A DNA stretch of 64,000 nucleotides from an uncultured bacterium (GCA_963753385.1 CAVWCC010000013.1:13612-77611), one strand, 5' to 3'; positions 29,506-40,563 are shown, counted from the first letter of the stretch. Notes: a model not told the origin generated them from the sequence alone. Numbers and translations: made by a program.

Positions 29506-30254
29506 GGCGCGCGCAACGACTCGACGTCATCCTGGCCGAGCTCGGAGCGCACGGCTCCGTCTCGGTGAGCGAGCTGGCGGAAACGCTCGACGCGTCATCG
29601 GCGACCGTCCGCCGCGATCTCGAGCTGCTCGAGGACCAAAAGCTGCTCTCGCGCTCGCACGGCGGCGCGGTCCGCAACGGGCTGCTCTACGAGCTGCCCG
29701 TCCGCTACCGGGGCGGCCGCCAGGCGGAGGAGAAGGGTCGGATCGCCGATGCCGCCGCGGACCGGGTCGCCGGTGCCCAGACGGTCGGCCTGAGCGGCGG
29801 AACGACCACGACCGAGGTCGCCCGACGGCTCCGCGACCGTGAGCTGACCGTCGTGACCAACGCGGTGAACATCGCCTCCGAGCTGGTCATCAGCGAGACG
29901 ATCAGGCTCGTCGTCACGGGAGGCGTCGCCCGGCCGCAGTCGTACGAGCTGATCGGCCCGCTCGCCGAACGCACGCTCGACGGCCTCAACATCGACGTGC
30001 TGTTCCTGGGCGTCGACGGCATCAACGCCTCCGGGGTCACCACCCACGACGAGGTCGAGGCGCAGACCGACCGCAAGCTGGTCGAGCGCTCGTCCCGGGT
30101 GATCGTGGTCGCCGACTCGTCGAAGATCGGGCAATCGGCGCTCTCGAGCATCTGCGCGCTTTCGGAGATCGACGAGCTGATCACGGATGTCGCGGCCCCC
30201 GCCGAGGAGCTCGATGCGCTCCGCGAGGCCGGGGTGGAGGTGAGCCCGGTCTGA
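29502..30254 (+). CDS. DeoR family transcriptional regulator
   Basis: HTH SVSELAETLDASSATVRRDLELLEDQKLLSRSHGGAV plus a DeoR C-terminal sensor domain. The GTG start overlaps the SIS stop. Confidence 0.9.
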   Translation: MRRAQRLDVILAELGAHGSVSVSELAETLDASSATVRRDLELLEDQKLLSRSHGGAVRNGLLYELPVRYRGGRQAEEKGRIADAAADRVAGAQTVGLSGGTTTTEVARRLRDRELTVVTNAVNIASELVISETIRLVVTGGVARPQSYELIGPLAERTLDGLNIDVLFLGVDGINASGVTTHDEVEAQTDRKLVERSSRVIVVADSSKIGQSALSSICALSEIDELITDVAAPAEELDALREAGVEVSPV

Positions 30255-31231
30255 TGAGCGCCCGCTTCGGCTTCGTCGCCGTCAGCACGAATCCGGCGAT
30301 CGACCGCGTGGTCAGGCTCGACGGCGAAGCGACCGGCATCGTGCACGCGGCCGAGCTGCTCGAAACCCCGGGCGGCAAGGCGATCCACTGCGCCCGCGTC
30401 GCGGCCGAGCTCGGCGCCGGCGTCAGCCTGATCACCCCTGCCGGCGGTCGAAACGGCGACCTGCTGCTGGAGACGCTGGGCCCCGAGCCGCTCGACATCG
30501 AACACGTCTCTGTCGCCGCCCCTACGCGAGGGACGTACACCCTGGTCGCGGGTTCGGGCGGCGAGCTGGTGGAGGTCCACGAGCCCGGCGGAGCACTTAC
30601 CGAAGCCGAATGCGACGACATGGTCTCGAGGCTGGCGGGCATCGGGACGGCGCCCAGCATTGTGGCCGTCTGCGGGAGCCTGCCCCCCGGGGCTCCGACC
30701 GACCTGCACGCCCGCCTGATCGCCACCGCGCGCGAGCTCGGGGCGTTCACGATCCTCGACTGCTCGACCCCGGCGGCCCTGGCGGCAGGGATCGCAGCCG
30801 GGCCGGACCTGGCTGCCCCCAACCTCGGCGAGGCGGGGGCACTGCTCGGCATCGAGCCGGGCACCCGGCCCGCCGATCCGGAGCTCGCCACCATCGTGGA
30901 CGCGATCCGGGAGCGCGGTGCTGCCGCGGTGTGGCTGTCCCTCGGCCCCGAGGGGAGCGTGCTCGCAGGCGCCCAGACCAGTGTCAGGCTGAGCGCGCCC
31001 GCGCCCGAGCGGATCGTGAACGCGGTCGGCTGCGGCGATGCTTTGATCGGCGGGTTCGCCGCCGGCCTGCTGCGCGGCGACGACGCCAGGTCGGCGGCCG
31101 CTCTCGGCGTTGCCGCCGCGGGCCAGAAGCTCGCGAACCTTGATCCCGGCCGGGTCGAGCGCGCCGCGGTGGAGGCGATCGTTCCCACGGTGGAGGCGAC
31201 TCCGTTCCAACCGCAGGTGGCGGTGCGGTGA
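30254..31231 (+). CDS. PfkB-family 1-phosphofructokinase / tagatose-6-phosphate kinase-like
   Basis: VSTNPAIDRVVRL...TPGGKAIHCARV...VNAVGCGDALIGGFAAGL (LacC/FruK subfamily pattern). Confidence 0.85.
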   Translation: MSARFGFVAVSTNPAIDRVVRLDGEATGIVHAAELLETPGGKAIHCARVAAELGAGVSLITPAGGRNGDLLLETLGPEPLDIEHVSVAAPTRGTYTLVAGSGGELVEVHEPGGALTEAECDDMVSRLAGIGTAPSIVAVCGSLPPGAPTDLHARLIATARELGAFTILDCSTPAALAAGIAAGPDLAAPNLGEAGALLGIEPGTRPADPELATIVDAIRERGAAAVWLSLGPEGSVLAGAQTSVRLSAPAPERIVNAVGCGDALIGGFAAGLLRGDDARSAAALGVAAAGQKLANLDPGRVERAAVEAIVPTVEATPFQPQVAVR

Positions 31232-32190
31232 GCGGCGAGCGGCTCGACATCCTGGTGGCCGGTGAGCTCAACCCCGACGCGATCGTGGTCGCGGACAACG
31301 TCGAGCCCGAGTACGGACAGGTCGAACGGCTCGTCGACGGCGGCGTGCTGACCGTCGGCTCGTCGGGCGCGATCGTGGCCTGCGGGACCGCCCGGCTCGG
31401 GATGCGAACCGCCTACGTCGGTGTCGTGGGCGATGACGACTCGGGCAGGTTCCTGCTGGAGGAGCTGCGGCGCCGCGACGTCGACGTCGAGCGGTGCCGA
31501 ACGGACCCCGACCGGGGGACGGGCCTGACGATCGTCCTCAGCAGGGGCGACGACCGGGCGATCCTCACCTACCCCGGGGCGATGGCCGGCCTTGAGGCCG
31601 CCCATGTGACCGACGAGATGCTCGCCGCGACCGAGCGTCTTCACGTCTCGTCGCCGCAGCTGCAAAGCGGGCTCCGAGCCGGGCTCGCCGGGCTTTTTCG
31701 CCGGGCCCACGAGGCGGGGGTTTCGACCTCGCTCGACCCTGGCTGGGACCCGAGCGGGAGCTGGGGCTCCGACGTCGCCGATGCCCTCGAGGAGACCGAC
31801 GTGTTCGTGCCGAACGCCGCGGAGGCGTGCAAGCTGGCCGGAACCGACGACCCCGAGGCCGCGTTGTCGGCTCTCGCGGAGCGGAGCGAGACGGTTGCAG
31901 TCACGCTGGGCTCCGACGGCGCGATCGCCAGCCGGGCCGGAGAGACCGCCGCGGTGGGCGCTCCGACCCTCGAGTCCGTGGATGCGACCGGCGCCGGCGA
32001 CAACTTCACCGCTGGGTTCCTCAAGGGCCTCGGCAGCGGACAGACGCTCGAGGGCGCCCTTCGCCTGGCGGTGGCCTGCGGCTCGCTCTCAACGCGCCGA
32101 CTCGGTGGCGTCGATGGCCAACCGCGGCTCGACGAGGCGCTCGAGCTCGCGGGCACGCTTCGTCCGCGGGAGACCGAGAGGAGCGTATGA
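31228..32190 (+). CDS. PfkB-family carbohydrate kinase (ribokinase/fructokinase-like)
   Basis: ILVAGELNPDAIV...VGDDDSGRFLLEEL...VDATGAGDNFTAGFLKG. The start overlaps the upstream stop. Confidence 0.85.
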   Translation: MSGERLDILVAGELNPDAIVVADNVEPEYGQVERLVDGGVLTVGSSGAIVACGTARLGMRTAYVGVVGDDDSGRFLLEELRRRDVDVERCRTDPDRGTGLTIVLSRGDDRAILTYPGAMAGLEAAHVTDEMLAATERLHVSSPQLQSGLRAGLAGLFRRAHEAGVSTSLDPGWDPSGSWGSDVADALEETDVFVPNAAEACKLAGTDDPEAALSALAERSETVAVTLGSDGAIASRAGETAAVGAPTLESVDATGAGDNFTAGFLKGLGSGQTLEGALRLAVACGSLSTRRLGGVDGQPRLDEALELAGTLRPRETERSV

Positions 32191-33515
32191 GCGCGAGCGG
32201 CCCGAAGATCGCGTTCGTCGGCGCCGGCAGCGTCGAGTTCACCGGGATGCTGATCACGGACATCCTCGGCTACCCGGAGCTGCGCGAGCCGGCGATCGCG
32301 CTCCACGACATCGACTCGGAGCGCCTCGAGACCGCGGAGGGCGTGGCGCGGGCGATCTCCGACCAGCTCGATGCGGCGCCGCGGATCGAGTCACATCGCG
32401 ACCGGCGCGCCGCGCTGGAGGGCGCCGACTACGTGATCAACATGGTCCAGGTTGGCGGTCACGCCGCGACCCTGATCGACCACGAGATCCCGGCTCGCTT
32501 CGGCCTGCGGCAGACGATCGGCGACACGCTCGGGGTTGGCGGCGTATTCAGGGCCCTGCGCACGATCCCGGTGATGGAGGGGATCGCCCGCGACATGGCC
32601 GAGGTCTGCCCCGATGCCTGGCTCCTCAACTACACCAACCCCATGGCGATGCTGTGCTGGGCGACCTACGCCGGCACCCCCCAGACGCGGATCGTCGGGC
32701 TCTGCCACTCGGTCCAGAACACGACCCGCCAGCTCGCCGAATACGTCGGCGTCCCCTTCGAAGACGTCACCTTCCTCGGCGCCGGCGTCAACCACCAGGC
32801 GTTCATCCTTCGCTTCGAGCGCCGCGGCGAGGACCTCTACCCGCTGCTCGACGAGGCGATCGAGCGGGATCCCGACCTGCTGCGGCGGGTGCGCGTCCAG
32901 ATGTACCGGCGGCTCGGCTACTTCCCGACCGAGTCCAGCGAGCACTCGGCCGAGTACCTGCCCTGGCTGCTGCGCGACGACGACGCGATCGAGCGGTACC
33001 GGCTCTGGGTGGGCGAGTACGTCGCGCGCAGCGAGGAGAACCTCGCGGAGTACGAGCGCACCCGTGAGGCCGTGCAGCGCTCGCAACGGCTCGAGCTCGA
33101 GCCCAGCGAGGAATACGCGCCGGACATCATCCACTCGATCGAGACGGGGTCACCTCGGGTGATCTACGGCAACGTCCGCAACGCCGGCCTGATCGACAAC
33201 CTGCCCGCGGACTCGTGCGTCGAGGTGCCCTGCCTGGTGGACCGAAGCGGCGTGCACCCGGTCCACGTGGGCGAGCTGCCGCCGCAGCTCGCCGCGCTCA
33301 ACCGCACGTACCTGAACGTGGCGGAGCTGACGGTTCGCGCCGCCCTCGAAGGGCGCCCGGAATACGTCAGGCAGGCGGTGATGCTCGACCCCAACGCCGC
33401 GGCGACCCTTTCGCTCGACGCGATCTGGGAGCTGTGCGACGAGCTGACGGCCGCCCACGGGGACGCACTGCCCGAAGCCTTGCAACTGGAACACAACAGG
33501 AGGAGAGGATCGTGA
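32187..33515 (+). CDS. Glycoside hydrolase family 4 (NAD+/Mn2+-dependent alpha-glycosidase, AglA/MelA-like)
   Basis: ATG at 32187 with an ATGA overlap. KIAFVGAGSVEFT...WLLNYTNPMAMLCW...GLCHSVQNT. Confidence 0.9.
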   Translation: MSASGPKIAFVGAGSVEFTGMLITDILGYPELREPAIALHDIDSERLETAEGVARAISDQLDAAPRIESHRDRRAALEGADYVINMVQVGGHAATLIDHEIPARFGLRQTIGDTLGVGGVFRALRTIPVMEGIARDMAEVCPDAWLLNYTNPMAMLCWATYAGTPQTRIVGLCHSVQNTTRQLAEYVGVPFEDVTFLGAGVNHQAFILRFERRGEDLYPLLDEAIERDPDLLRRVRVQMYRRLGYFPTESSEHSAEYLPWLLRDDDAIERYRLWVGEYVARSEENLAEYERTREAVQRSQRLELEPSEEYAPDIIHSIETGSPRVIYGNVRNAGLIDNLPADSCVEVPCLVDRSGVHPVHVGELPPQLAALNRTYLNVAELTVRAALEGRPEYVRQAVMLDPNAAATLSLDAIWELCDELTAAHGDALPEALQLEHNRRRGS

Positions 33516-34825
33516 CGAGACTGATGAGACTGAGCGCGGCGCTGGTGGCCCTGGCGGCTGCCCTGCTGCTCGCCGCATGCGGAGGCGACGACGACGACGA
33601 AGGCGGCGACTCATCCGCAAGCGGCGAGTCGGTGGAGATCACGTTCTGGCATGGCCAGACGCAGGGTCCGGCCGAGCTGCTTCAGGACATGATCGACGAG
33701 TTCAACAAGAGCCAGGACGGCGTCGTGGTCTCGAAGGACTCGGGCGGGGTCAACTCCGACCGCATGCTGCAAAAGGTGACGGCCGGGCTCCAGGCGGACA
33801 ACTACCCGGACATCGCCTACATCTACGGATCGGACCTCGCGAACCTCGCAGGAGGCGATCAGCTCCTCGACCTGACCGAGGCGATCGACAACGGCGACAT
33901 CGACTGGGACCGGTTCGTCGAGGCGGGCAAGTCCGCCGTGACGGTCGACGACCGCCCGCGCGCGGTGCCGGGGTTCATCGACAACCTGGCAGTCGTCTAC
34001 AACAAGGAGATCTTCGACGACGCGGGCGTCGACTATCCCACCGACGACTGGACCTGGGACGAGTTCCTGGCGACGGCGGCGGAGCTCAACGACCCCGACG
34101 CCGGCATCGCCGGGTTCGGCTGGCCGGGGACCGGCGACGAGGACACGACCTGGCGGATCTGGCCGCTGATCTGGCAGGAGGGCGGCGAGATCGTCTCGGA
34201 GGACGGCGAGAGCGTCGGGTTCGACGACGGCAGCGGCCTGGCGGCGCTCGAGGTGGTCGAGCAGGCCGCGGCGGACGGGTCCGTCTACATCGACAGCACC
34301 GCCGGCAGCGAGCGCATGCAGCAGCTCTTCGCCAGCGGCAAGATGGCGATGAACGTCGCGGGGCCGTACACACTGCCCGAGTACGTGGACGCGAACGTCG
34401 ACTACGGGGTCGTCTCGATGCCGTCGTTCAACGACGAGCACACGACGATCGCGGGCCCAGACACGTGGGCGGTGTTCGACAACGGCGACGAGCGCTCCGC
34501 CGCGGCGATCGAGTTCCTCGACTGGTTCAGCGAGCCCGAGCAGCAGCTCCGGTGGATCACCGAGGCCGGCAGCCTGCCGCTGACCACGGACGTCGAGGAC
34601 GCCGACGGCTTCGCGGCGTACGAGCAGAGCCTGCCGAGCCTCGACAAGTTCATCGAGAACACCGAGCTGGCTCGGACCCGGGCGACGGTTGCCGAGTACC
34701 CGCAGATCTCGCAGGCGCTCGGGCAGGCGATCGCCGCGGTGCTCTACGGCGAGAGCGACCCGAGCGCAGCGCTCAGCGAGGCCGTCGACGCCGCGAACGC
34801 GGAGCTCCAGGTACCTGGTCCGTGA
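33512..34825 (+). CDS. ABC sugar transporter substrate-binding lipoprotein (family 1)
   Basis: Start at GTG 33512 or ATG 33524. Lipobox LLLAACGG, then EITFWHGQTQG...DNLAVVYNKEIF. Confidence 0.9.
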   Translation: MTRLMRLSAALVALAAALLLAACGGDDDDEGGDSSASGESVEITFWHGQTQGPAELLQDMIDEFNKSQDGVVVSKDSGGVNSDRMLQKVTAGLQADNYPDIAYIYGSDLANLAGGDQLLDLTEAIDNGDIDWDRFVEAGKSAVTVDDRPRAVPGFIDNLAVVYNKEIFDDAGVDYPTDDWTWDEFLATAAELNDPDAGIAGFGWPGTGDEDTTWRIWPLIWQEGGEIVSEDGESVGFDDGSGLAALEVVEQAAADGSVYIDSTAGSERMQQLFASGKMAMNVAGPYTLPEYVDANVDYGVVSMPSFNDEHTTIAGPDTWAVFDNGDERSAAAIEFLDWFSEPEQQLRWITEAGSLPLTTDVEDADGFAAYEQSLPSLDKFIENTELARTRATVAEYPQISQALGQAIAAVLYGESDPSAALSEAVDAANAELQVPGP

Positions 34826-34837
34826 CCGGGCGGTGAG

Positions 34838-35749
34838 ATGAGCGCGGAGCCGAACGCACCACGGAGGACGTTCGCCCAGCGGCTGCTCGGGGAGAACCCG
34901 ACGGCGTGGGCGTTCGTCCTCCCGGCGGTGCTGATCGTCATCGGCCTGGCGATCGTGCCGATCGGATGGTCGCTGCTCCTGTCGTTCAACTCGGCCGACC
35001 TGATCGCTCCCGCGGAGTGGGTCGGCCTCTCCAACTACGAGGCGCTGCTCGACGATCCCGGGTTGCGCGACGCGATTGAGAACACCGTCGTCTACACCGC
35101 GTTGTTCGTCCCGATCTCGATCGGGCTCGGGCTCTTCCTGGCGATGGCGCTGAATCGCCGGCTCCGGTGGATCGGCGTCTACCGAACCGCCTTCCTGGCG
35201 CCGTTCATCGCCTCCGTGGCCGCCCAGGGCGTGCTGTTCTCGTTCATCTTCGACGAGCGCTTCGGCGTCGCAAACGCGCTGCTCGACGGCGTCGGGTTGC
35301 CGCGCCAGGGGTTCCTGGGCGATCCTGACCAGGCGCTGTTCGTGATCGTCCTGATCGGTATCTGGGGCGGGATCGGCTTTCCGCTGGTGATCTACCTGGC
35401 GGCGCTCCAGGACGTGCCCCGCGAGCTCGTCGACGCCGCCTCGGTCGACGGCGCCCGCCGGTGGGCGACGCTGCGCCACGTGGTCCTGCCGCAGCTCTTG
35501 CCGGTGACCGTCTTCCTGGTGGTCTGGCAAACGTTGCTCTCGCTCCAGCTCTTCGACCTGGTCTACGCGACCACGCGCGGTGGGCCGTTAGACGCGACGG
35601 TGGTGATCGTGTACTACGTCTACAACCAGGCGTTCGAGCTGTTCAACGCGGGCTACGCTGCGGCCGTCGCCTACGTCGTCGCCGTGTTCCTGCTTCTGCT
35701 GGTCGGCGGCCAGCTCGTCTACAACCGGTTGCGCGCGAGGAGCGCATGA
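34838..35749 (+). CDS. ABC sugar transporter permease (MalF/UgpA-like)
   Basis: 6 TM segments; EAA-type loop DVPRELVDAASVDGARRWATLRHVVLP. Confidence 0.9.
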   Translation: MSAEPNAPRRTFAQRLLGENPTAWAFVLPAVLIVIGLAIVPIGWSLLLSFNSADLIAPAEWVGLSNYEALLDDPGLRDAIENTVVYTALFVPISIGLGLFLAMALNRRLRWIGVYRTAFLAPFIASVAAQGVLFSFIFDERFGVANALLDGVGLPRQGFLGDPDQALFVIVLIGIWGGIGFPLVIYLAALQDVPRELVDAASVDGARRWATLRHVVLPQLLPVTVFLVVWQTLLSLQLFDLVYATTRGGPLDATVVIVYYVYNQAFELFNAGYAAAVAYVVAVFLLLLVGGQLVYNRLRARSA

Positions 35750-36582
35750 GCGCCGCCACCGACAGATGGCGGCTGCCGTTCAGCCCCTGGCACCTGGTCC
35801 TGTTCCCCGCGGCGGTCGTCTTCGCCCTGCCCCTGATCTGGATGATCCTGAGCTCGTTCATGTCTAACGCCCAGATCAACCAGTTCCCGCCGACCATCAT
35901 CCCCGACTCGCTCCACGCCGACGGCTGGCAGACCGTGTTCGGCGACTCGGACTTCCCCCGCTGGTTTGCGAACTCGACGATCGTCGCTTCGGTGACCGTC
36001 TTCTCCAACCTCGTGTTCTGCTCGCTGGCCGGCTACGCGTTCGCCCGCCTGCGGTTCCGAGGATCGACCGTGCTGTTCCTGTTGATCCTGTTCACGCTGA
36101 TCATCCCGTTCCAGCTGACCATGATCCCGACCTTCATCGTCATGGACGAGCTCGGGCTCGTCGACACGCTCGCGGCGTTGATCGTCCCCGCGCTGGTCCT
36201 GCCGCTCGGGGTGTTCCTGATGCGCCAGTTCTTCGTCAACCTCCCGCGGGAGGTGGAGGATGCCGCACGAATCGACGGCTGCTCGCGGCTGGGGGTGCTG
36301 CTCCACGTCGCGCTGCCCCTCGCGAAGCCGGCGCTCGCGACGCTCGCGGCGCTCACCTTCCTGCTGATGTGGAACGACCTGCTTTGGCCGCTGATCGCGA
36401 TCACCTCTGATCAGAACGCGACGCTGCCGCTGGGCCTCACGACCTTCCAGGGCCAGCACACCCAGGACTTCTCGGCGGTTATGGCCGGCAACGTGATCAC
36501 GGTGACGCCGGTCCTCATCGCGTTCCTGCTGGCGCAGCGAACATTCATCCAGTCACTCACCTCGAGCGCGGTGAAGGGCTGA
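35746..36582 (+). CDS. ABC sugar transporter permease (MalG/UgpE-like)
   Basis: ATG at 35746 with an ATGA overlap. NLPREVEDAARIDGCSRLGVLLHVALP. Confidence 0.9.
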   Translation: MSAATDRWRLPFSPWHLVLFPAAVVFALPLIWMILSSFMSNAQINQFPPTIIPDSLHADGWQTVFGDSDFPRWFANSTIVASVTVFSNLVFCSLAGYAFARLRFRGSTVLFLLILFTLIIPFQLTMIPTFIVMDELGLVDTLAALIVPALVLPLGVFLMRQFFVNLPREVEDAARIDGCSRLGVLLHVALPLAKPALATLAALTFLLMWNDLLWPLIAITSDQNATLPLGLTTFQGQHTQDFSAVMAGNVITVTPVLIAFLLAQRTFIQSLTSSAVKG

Positions 36583-36583
36583 G

Positions 36584-37767
<1,184 letters not shown>

Positions 37768-37771
<4 letters not shown>

Positions 37772-38604
37772 GGGCCATAGCGCTCGCTGCGGTTTCGGTG
37801 ATCCTGGTGCTCGGCGTCGGCGAAGGACGGCGTGCGGCCGCGGGGCCCGCCATCGCGCCCCCGCCCCCCAACGCGGGCTTCGACTACCAGATCGGCGGGC
37901 ACTATCCGCTGCCAGACGGCGTCACCGTCGTCTCGCGGGACTGGTTCGCGAGCCCGGCAGCCGCGGATCCGGTCTATTCGATCTGTTACGTGAACGCGTT
38001 TCAGACCCAGGCCGACGAGCCCGGCGTCGACCGCCCCGACGAGCGCTCCAACTGGCCGCGGTCGCTGATCCTCAACAGGCTCGGCGACGATCCGAAGTGG
38101 GGCGGCGAGTACCTCGTCAACGTCAGCACCGCAAAGAAGCGCAAGCGGGCGGCGCGCTGGGTGGCGCAGATGACCGATGGCTGCGCGGAGAAGGGCTACG
38201 AGGCGGTCGAGTACGACAACCTCGACTCCTGGACGCGCTTCGACGGCACCCCACTCGCGCGGAAGGTCCCGTTCGGCAAGGCGGACGCGCTGGCGTTCGC
38301 GAAGCGCATCGCCAAGCGCGCCCACGCGCGCGGCCTGGCGGTCGGCCAGAAGAACACCGCCGACGTGACCTCGGGGCAGGCGGAGAAGGCCGGATTCGAC
38401 TTCGCGATCGCGGAGGAGTGCGCGCGCTACCACGAGTGCGGCCGCTACCGCCAGGTCCACGGCGACGAGGTGATCGTCATCGAGTACCGGCGCAAGGACT
38501 TCAACCGGGCGTGCGACACCGTCGGCGACGAGCTCTCGGTCGTCCTGCGCGACCGGCAGGTGCGCAAGCCGGGGTCGCCGAAGTACGTGCACGACGCCTG
38601 CTGA
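37768..38604 (+). CDS. Secreted glycoside hydrolase family 114 (endo-alpha-1,4-polygalactosaminidase-like)
   Basis: Signal peptide, then ICYVNAFQTQ, GYEAVEYDNLDSW, AHARGLAVGQKN, FDFAIAEECARYHEC and VIVIEY. These match the conserved blocks of the GH114 family. Confidence 0.8.
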
Positions 38605-38611
38605 CTGGCCG

Positions 38612-39094
38612 CTAGCGCAGGCGCTTGCGGTACGTCACGAGGTCGAGGCGGTAACCGTGACGCTCGTAGAAGCGCCGGGCAAGCTCGTTGGGGGCTGCCG
38701 CGTTGACGTCGAGCGCCGCGACGCCGAGCTCGCGCGCCTCCGCCTCGACTGCATCGAGCAGCGCGTCGCCGATTCCCTGCCCACGGTTCGCCGGGAAGAC
38801 GACCAGGTCGACGATCGACAGGAAGTCCTGAGGCCACTCCCAGGTCGGAGATCCACCCTGCTCCTGCTCGCACAGCGCGAAACCCACGAGGTCGGAGCCA
38901 TCGACGGCCAGAAAGAGCACACCACCCTCCGCCAGGAGGTCCGCATATACCGCTCGGCGCCGCTCCCAGCTCGCGGCTTCGGGGCGCAGGGGACCCCACT
39001 CCGGCGTGATCGACCCGTGGTAGTCGCGCAGCGCGAGCCAGAGTGGCTCGAGCTCTTCGATCCGCGAGGCGTCGCCCCTGACGATCTCGGTCAC
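38612..39094 (-). CDS. GNAT family N-acetyltransferase
   Basis: VVFPANRGQGIGDALLDAVEAEARELG...ARRFYERHGY (acetyl-CoA binding motif A). Confidence 0.85.
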   Translation of the reverse strand: MTEIVRGDASRIEELEPLWLALRDYHGSITPEWGPLRPEAASWERRRAVYADLLAEGGVLFLAVDGSDLVGFALCEQEQGGSPTWEWPQDFLSIVDLVVFPANRGQGIGDALLDAVEAEARELGVAALDVNAAAPNELARRFYERHGYRLDLVTYRKRLR

Positions 39095-39687
39095 TGGTCC
39101 AGACTAGGCCGAACGCCGTCAACCACGACGTCGACGATTCCTTCGAGGAAGGAGCGGTCGATCGGCTCACCGGTCAGCAGCAAGCGCAGGTGGATCGGGC
39201 CGAGTACGGCCTCGATCGTTCGCCGGGGGTCCGTGCCGGCGGTGGCCTCGCCTCGGGCGATCGCCCGCTCGACGATGACCTGGTCGAGCTCGAGGCGCTC
39301 GGACCAGAACCGCCGGTTCGCGGTCGCCAGCCGGCCGTCACGCGGAGATTCGGCCACCACCGCGCGCGCCATGGCCGCGACCTCCGGGCTGGCCGCGTTG
39401 GCGGCGGCGGTGCGGGCGAGTTCGAGCAGATCCTGCCGCAATGACCCGGTGTCCGGGACCGAGATGTGCTCGCCGGCGCGCGCGAGCATCGCATCCAGCA
39501 CCAGCTCCTCGCGGGTGCCCCAGCGCCGGTAGAGGGTCGTCTTGTGCACGCCGGCGCGCAGGGCGACGCCCTCGAGGCTGAGCGCCGAATACCCCTTGTC
39601 CGCCAGCTCGGCGAGCGTCGCCTCGATCGCGGCGGCTCGGACCCTGGCGCTTCGCCCACCCGGCCGGCGGGTCTTCGTGGTTGCCAT
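39091..39687 (-). CDS. TetR/AcrR family transcriptional regulator
   Basis: ATG at 39687 inside ORF 39091..39732. RSARVRAAAIEATLAELADKGYSALSLEGVALRAGVHKTTLYRRW. Confidence 0.9.
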   Translation of the reverse strand: MATTKTRRPGGRSARVRAAAIEATLAELADKGYSALSLEGVALRAGVHKTTLYRRWGTREELVLDAMLARAGEHISVPDTGSLRQDLLELARTAAANAASPEVAAMARAVVAESPRDGRLATANRRFWSERLELDQVIVERAIARGEATAGTDPRRTIEAVLGPIHLRLLLTGEPIDRSFLEGIVDVVVDGVRPSLDQ

Positions 39688-39699
39688 CGCTGGGAGCTT

Positions 39700-39720
39700 A
39701 ACGCAACTGGAAGTTGCGTT
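39700..39720. promoter_or_regulatory. Perfect 9-bp inverted repeat, AACGCAACT-gga-AGTTGCGTT (candidate TetR operator)
   Basis: It fills most of the 37-bp divergent spacer between the tetR start (39687) and the DDN-family gene start (39725). Confidence 0.6.
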
Positions 39721-39724
39721 TGCT

Positions 39725-40276
39725 ATGGTCACCGAAATGAGGAGCTACCGGCAGGCGGACCTCTTTCGCCGAATCATCAGGCGGACCGCGGCGACGCGCC
39801 TGATGGCGAAGATCTACGGGGTCATCCAGCAGCCGCTCGACCGCCTCTTCTACCGGCTCAGCGGCGGCCGGACGACGGTGTCGTCATGGCTCGCGGACGT
39901 CAAGATCACAATGCTGACGACTACCGGCGCGCGGAGCGGCCAGCCCCGGACACTGCCTGTCCTCGGCCTTCCGGATGGCGATGGGATGATCGTGATCGCC
40001 TCCAACTTCGGCCGCGCGCACAATCCCTCCTGGTACCACAACCTGCGCGCCAACCCGCGCGCGACGATCGTGTTCGACGGCGTCGAGCGCGAGCTCGAGG
40101 CCCGCGAGCTGGCCGGCGCCGAACGCGAGCGGGCCTATGCGCGCGGGGAGGAGGTCTACCCCGGGTTCACCCACTACCGGCGCTGGGCGGCGAATCGCGA
40201 GATCCCGGTGCTGAGGCTCGAGCCGGTGCCGGCCGCCAGCCAGGCCGGTGAGCCCGGCCGGATGGCTTTGGCTTGA
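39725..40276 (+). CDS. Deazaflavin (F420H2)-dependent nitroreductase/oxidoreductase, DDN family
   Basis: ITMLTTTGARSGQPRTLPV...VIASNFGRAHNPSWYHNLRANP...REIPVLRLEP. Confidence 0.85.
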   Translation: MVTEMRSYRQADLFRRIIRRTAATRLMAKIYGVIQQPLDRLFYRLSGGRTTVSSWLADVKITMLTTTGARSGQPRTLPVLGLPDGDGMIVIASNFGRAHNPSWYHNLRANPRATIVFDGVERELEARELAGAERERAYARGEEVYPGFTHYRRWAANREIPVLRLEPVPAASQAGEPGRMALA

Positions 40277-40470
40277 CATTAATCGGCCTCGGTGCCCGGG
40301 GTGGTCGACATCGCTGCGGGCAAGAACCTCGAGGTCGAGCCGTCCACGACGAGCTCCGTGAGGGCGCGAACGACGAGCTCTACGGTGGCTGGCCGATGAT
40401 CCTGTCGGGCCTGAAGGCTCGCTCCCAGTACGCCGGCGCCTCCGCGGTGTGAGATGAGCGTTCCGTGGGC

Positions 40471-40520
40471 GGTGAACGTCCCGCGCGGCGCGCTATGCAC
40501 CCCCGCGAGGGACGTTCACC
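40471..40520. terminator. Long GC-rich hairpin (12 perfect bp plus 5 more after one mismatch, ~14-nt loop) between convergent genes; no U-tract
   Basis: GGTGAACGTCCC (40471-40482) pairs with GGGACGTTCACC (40509-40520). CGCGG/CCGCG extends the stem. Confidence 0.4.
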
Positions 40521-40563
40521 CCAACGCGGGGCCTGGCCGCATGGGGCACGGCGCGCCGGGTGC

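Noticed and set aside
31827-33515. Long upstream extensions of ORFs 31827..33515, 33215..34825, 35461..36582, 26702..27865, 44381..45466 and 46131..47363
   Set aside because: The extensions overlap the preceding genes in another frame and have no family similarity. Internal starts that create ATGA/GTGA junctions or follow good SD sequences were used instead.
40279-40500. The 73-aa minus-strand ORF in the convergent spacer
   Set aside because: It has no SD, poor coding character and no motif. The region is better described by the hairpin and a possible gene remnant on the plus strand.
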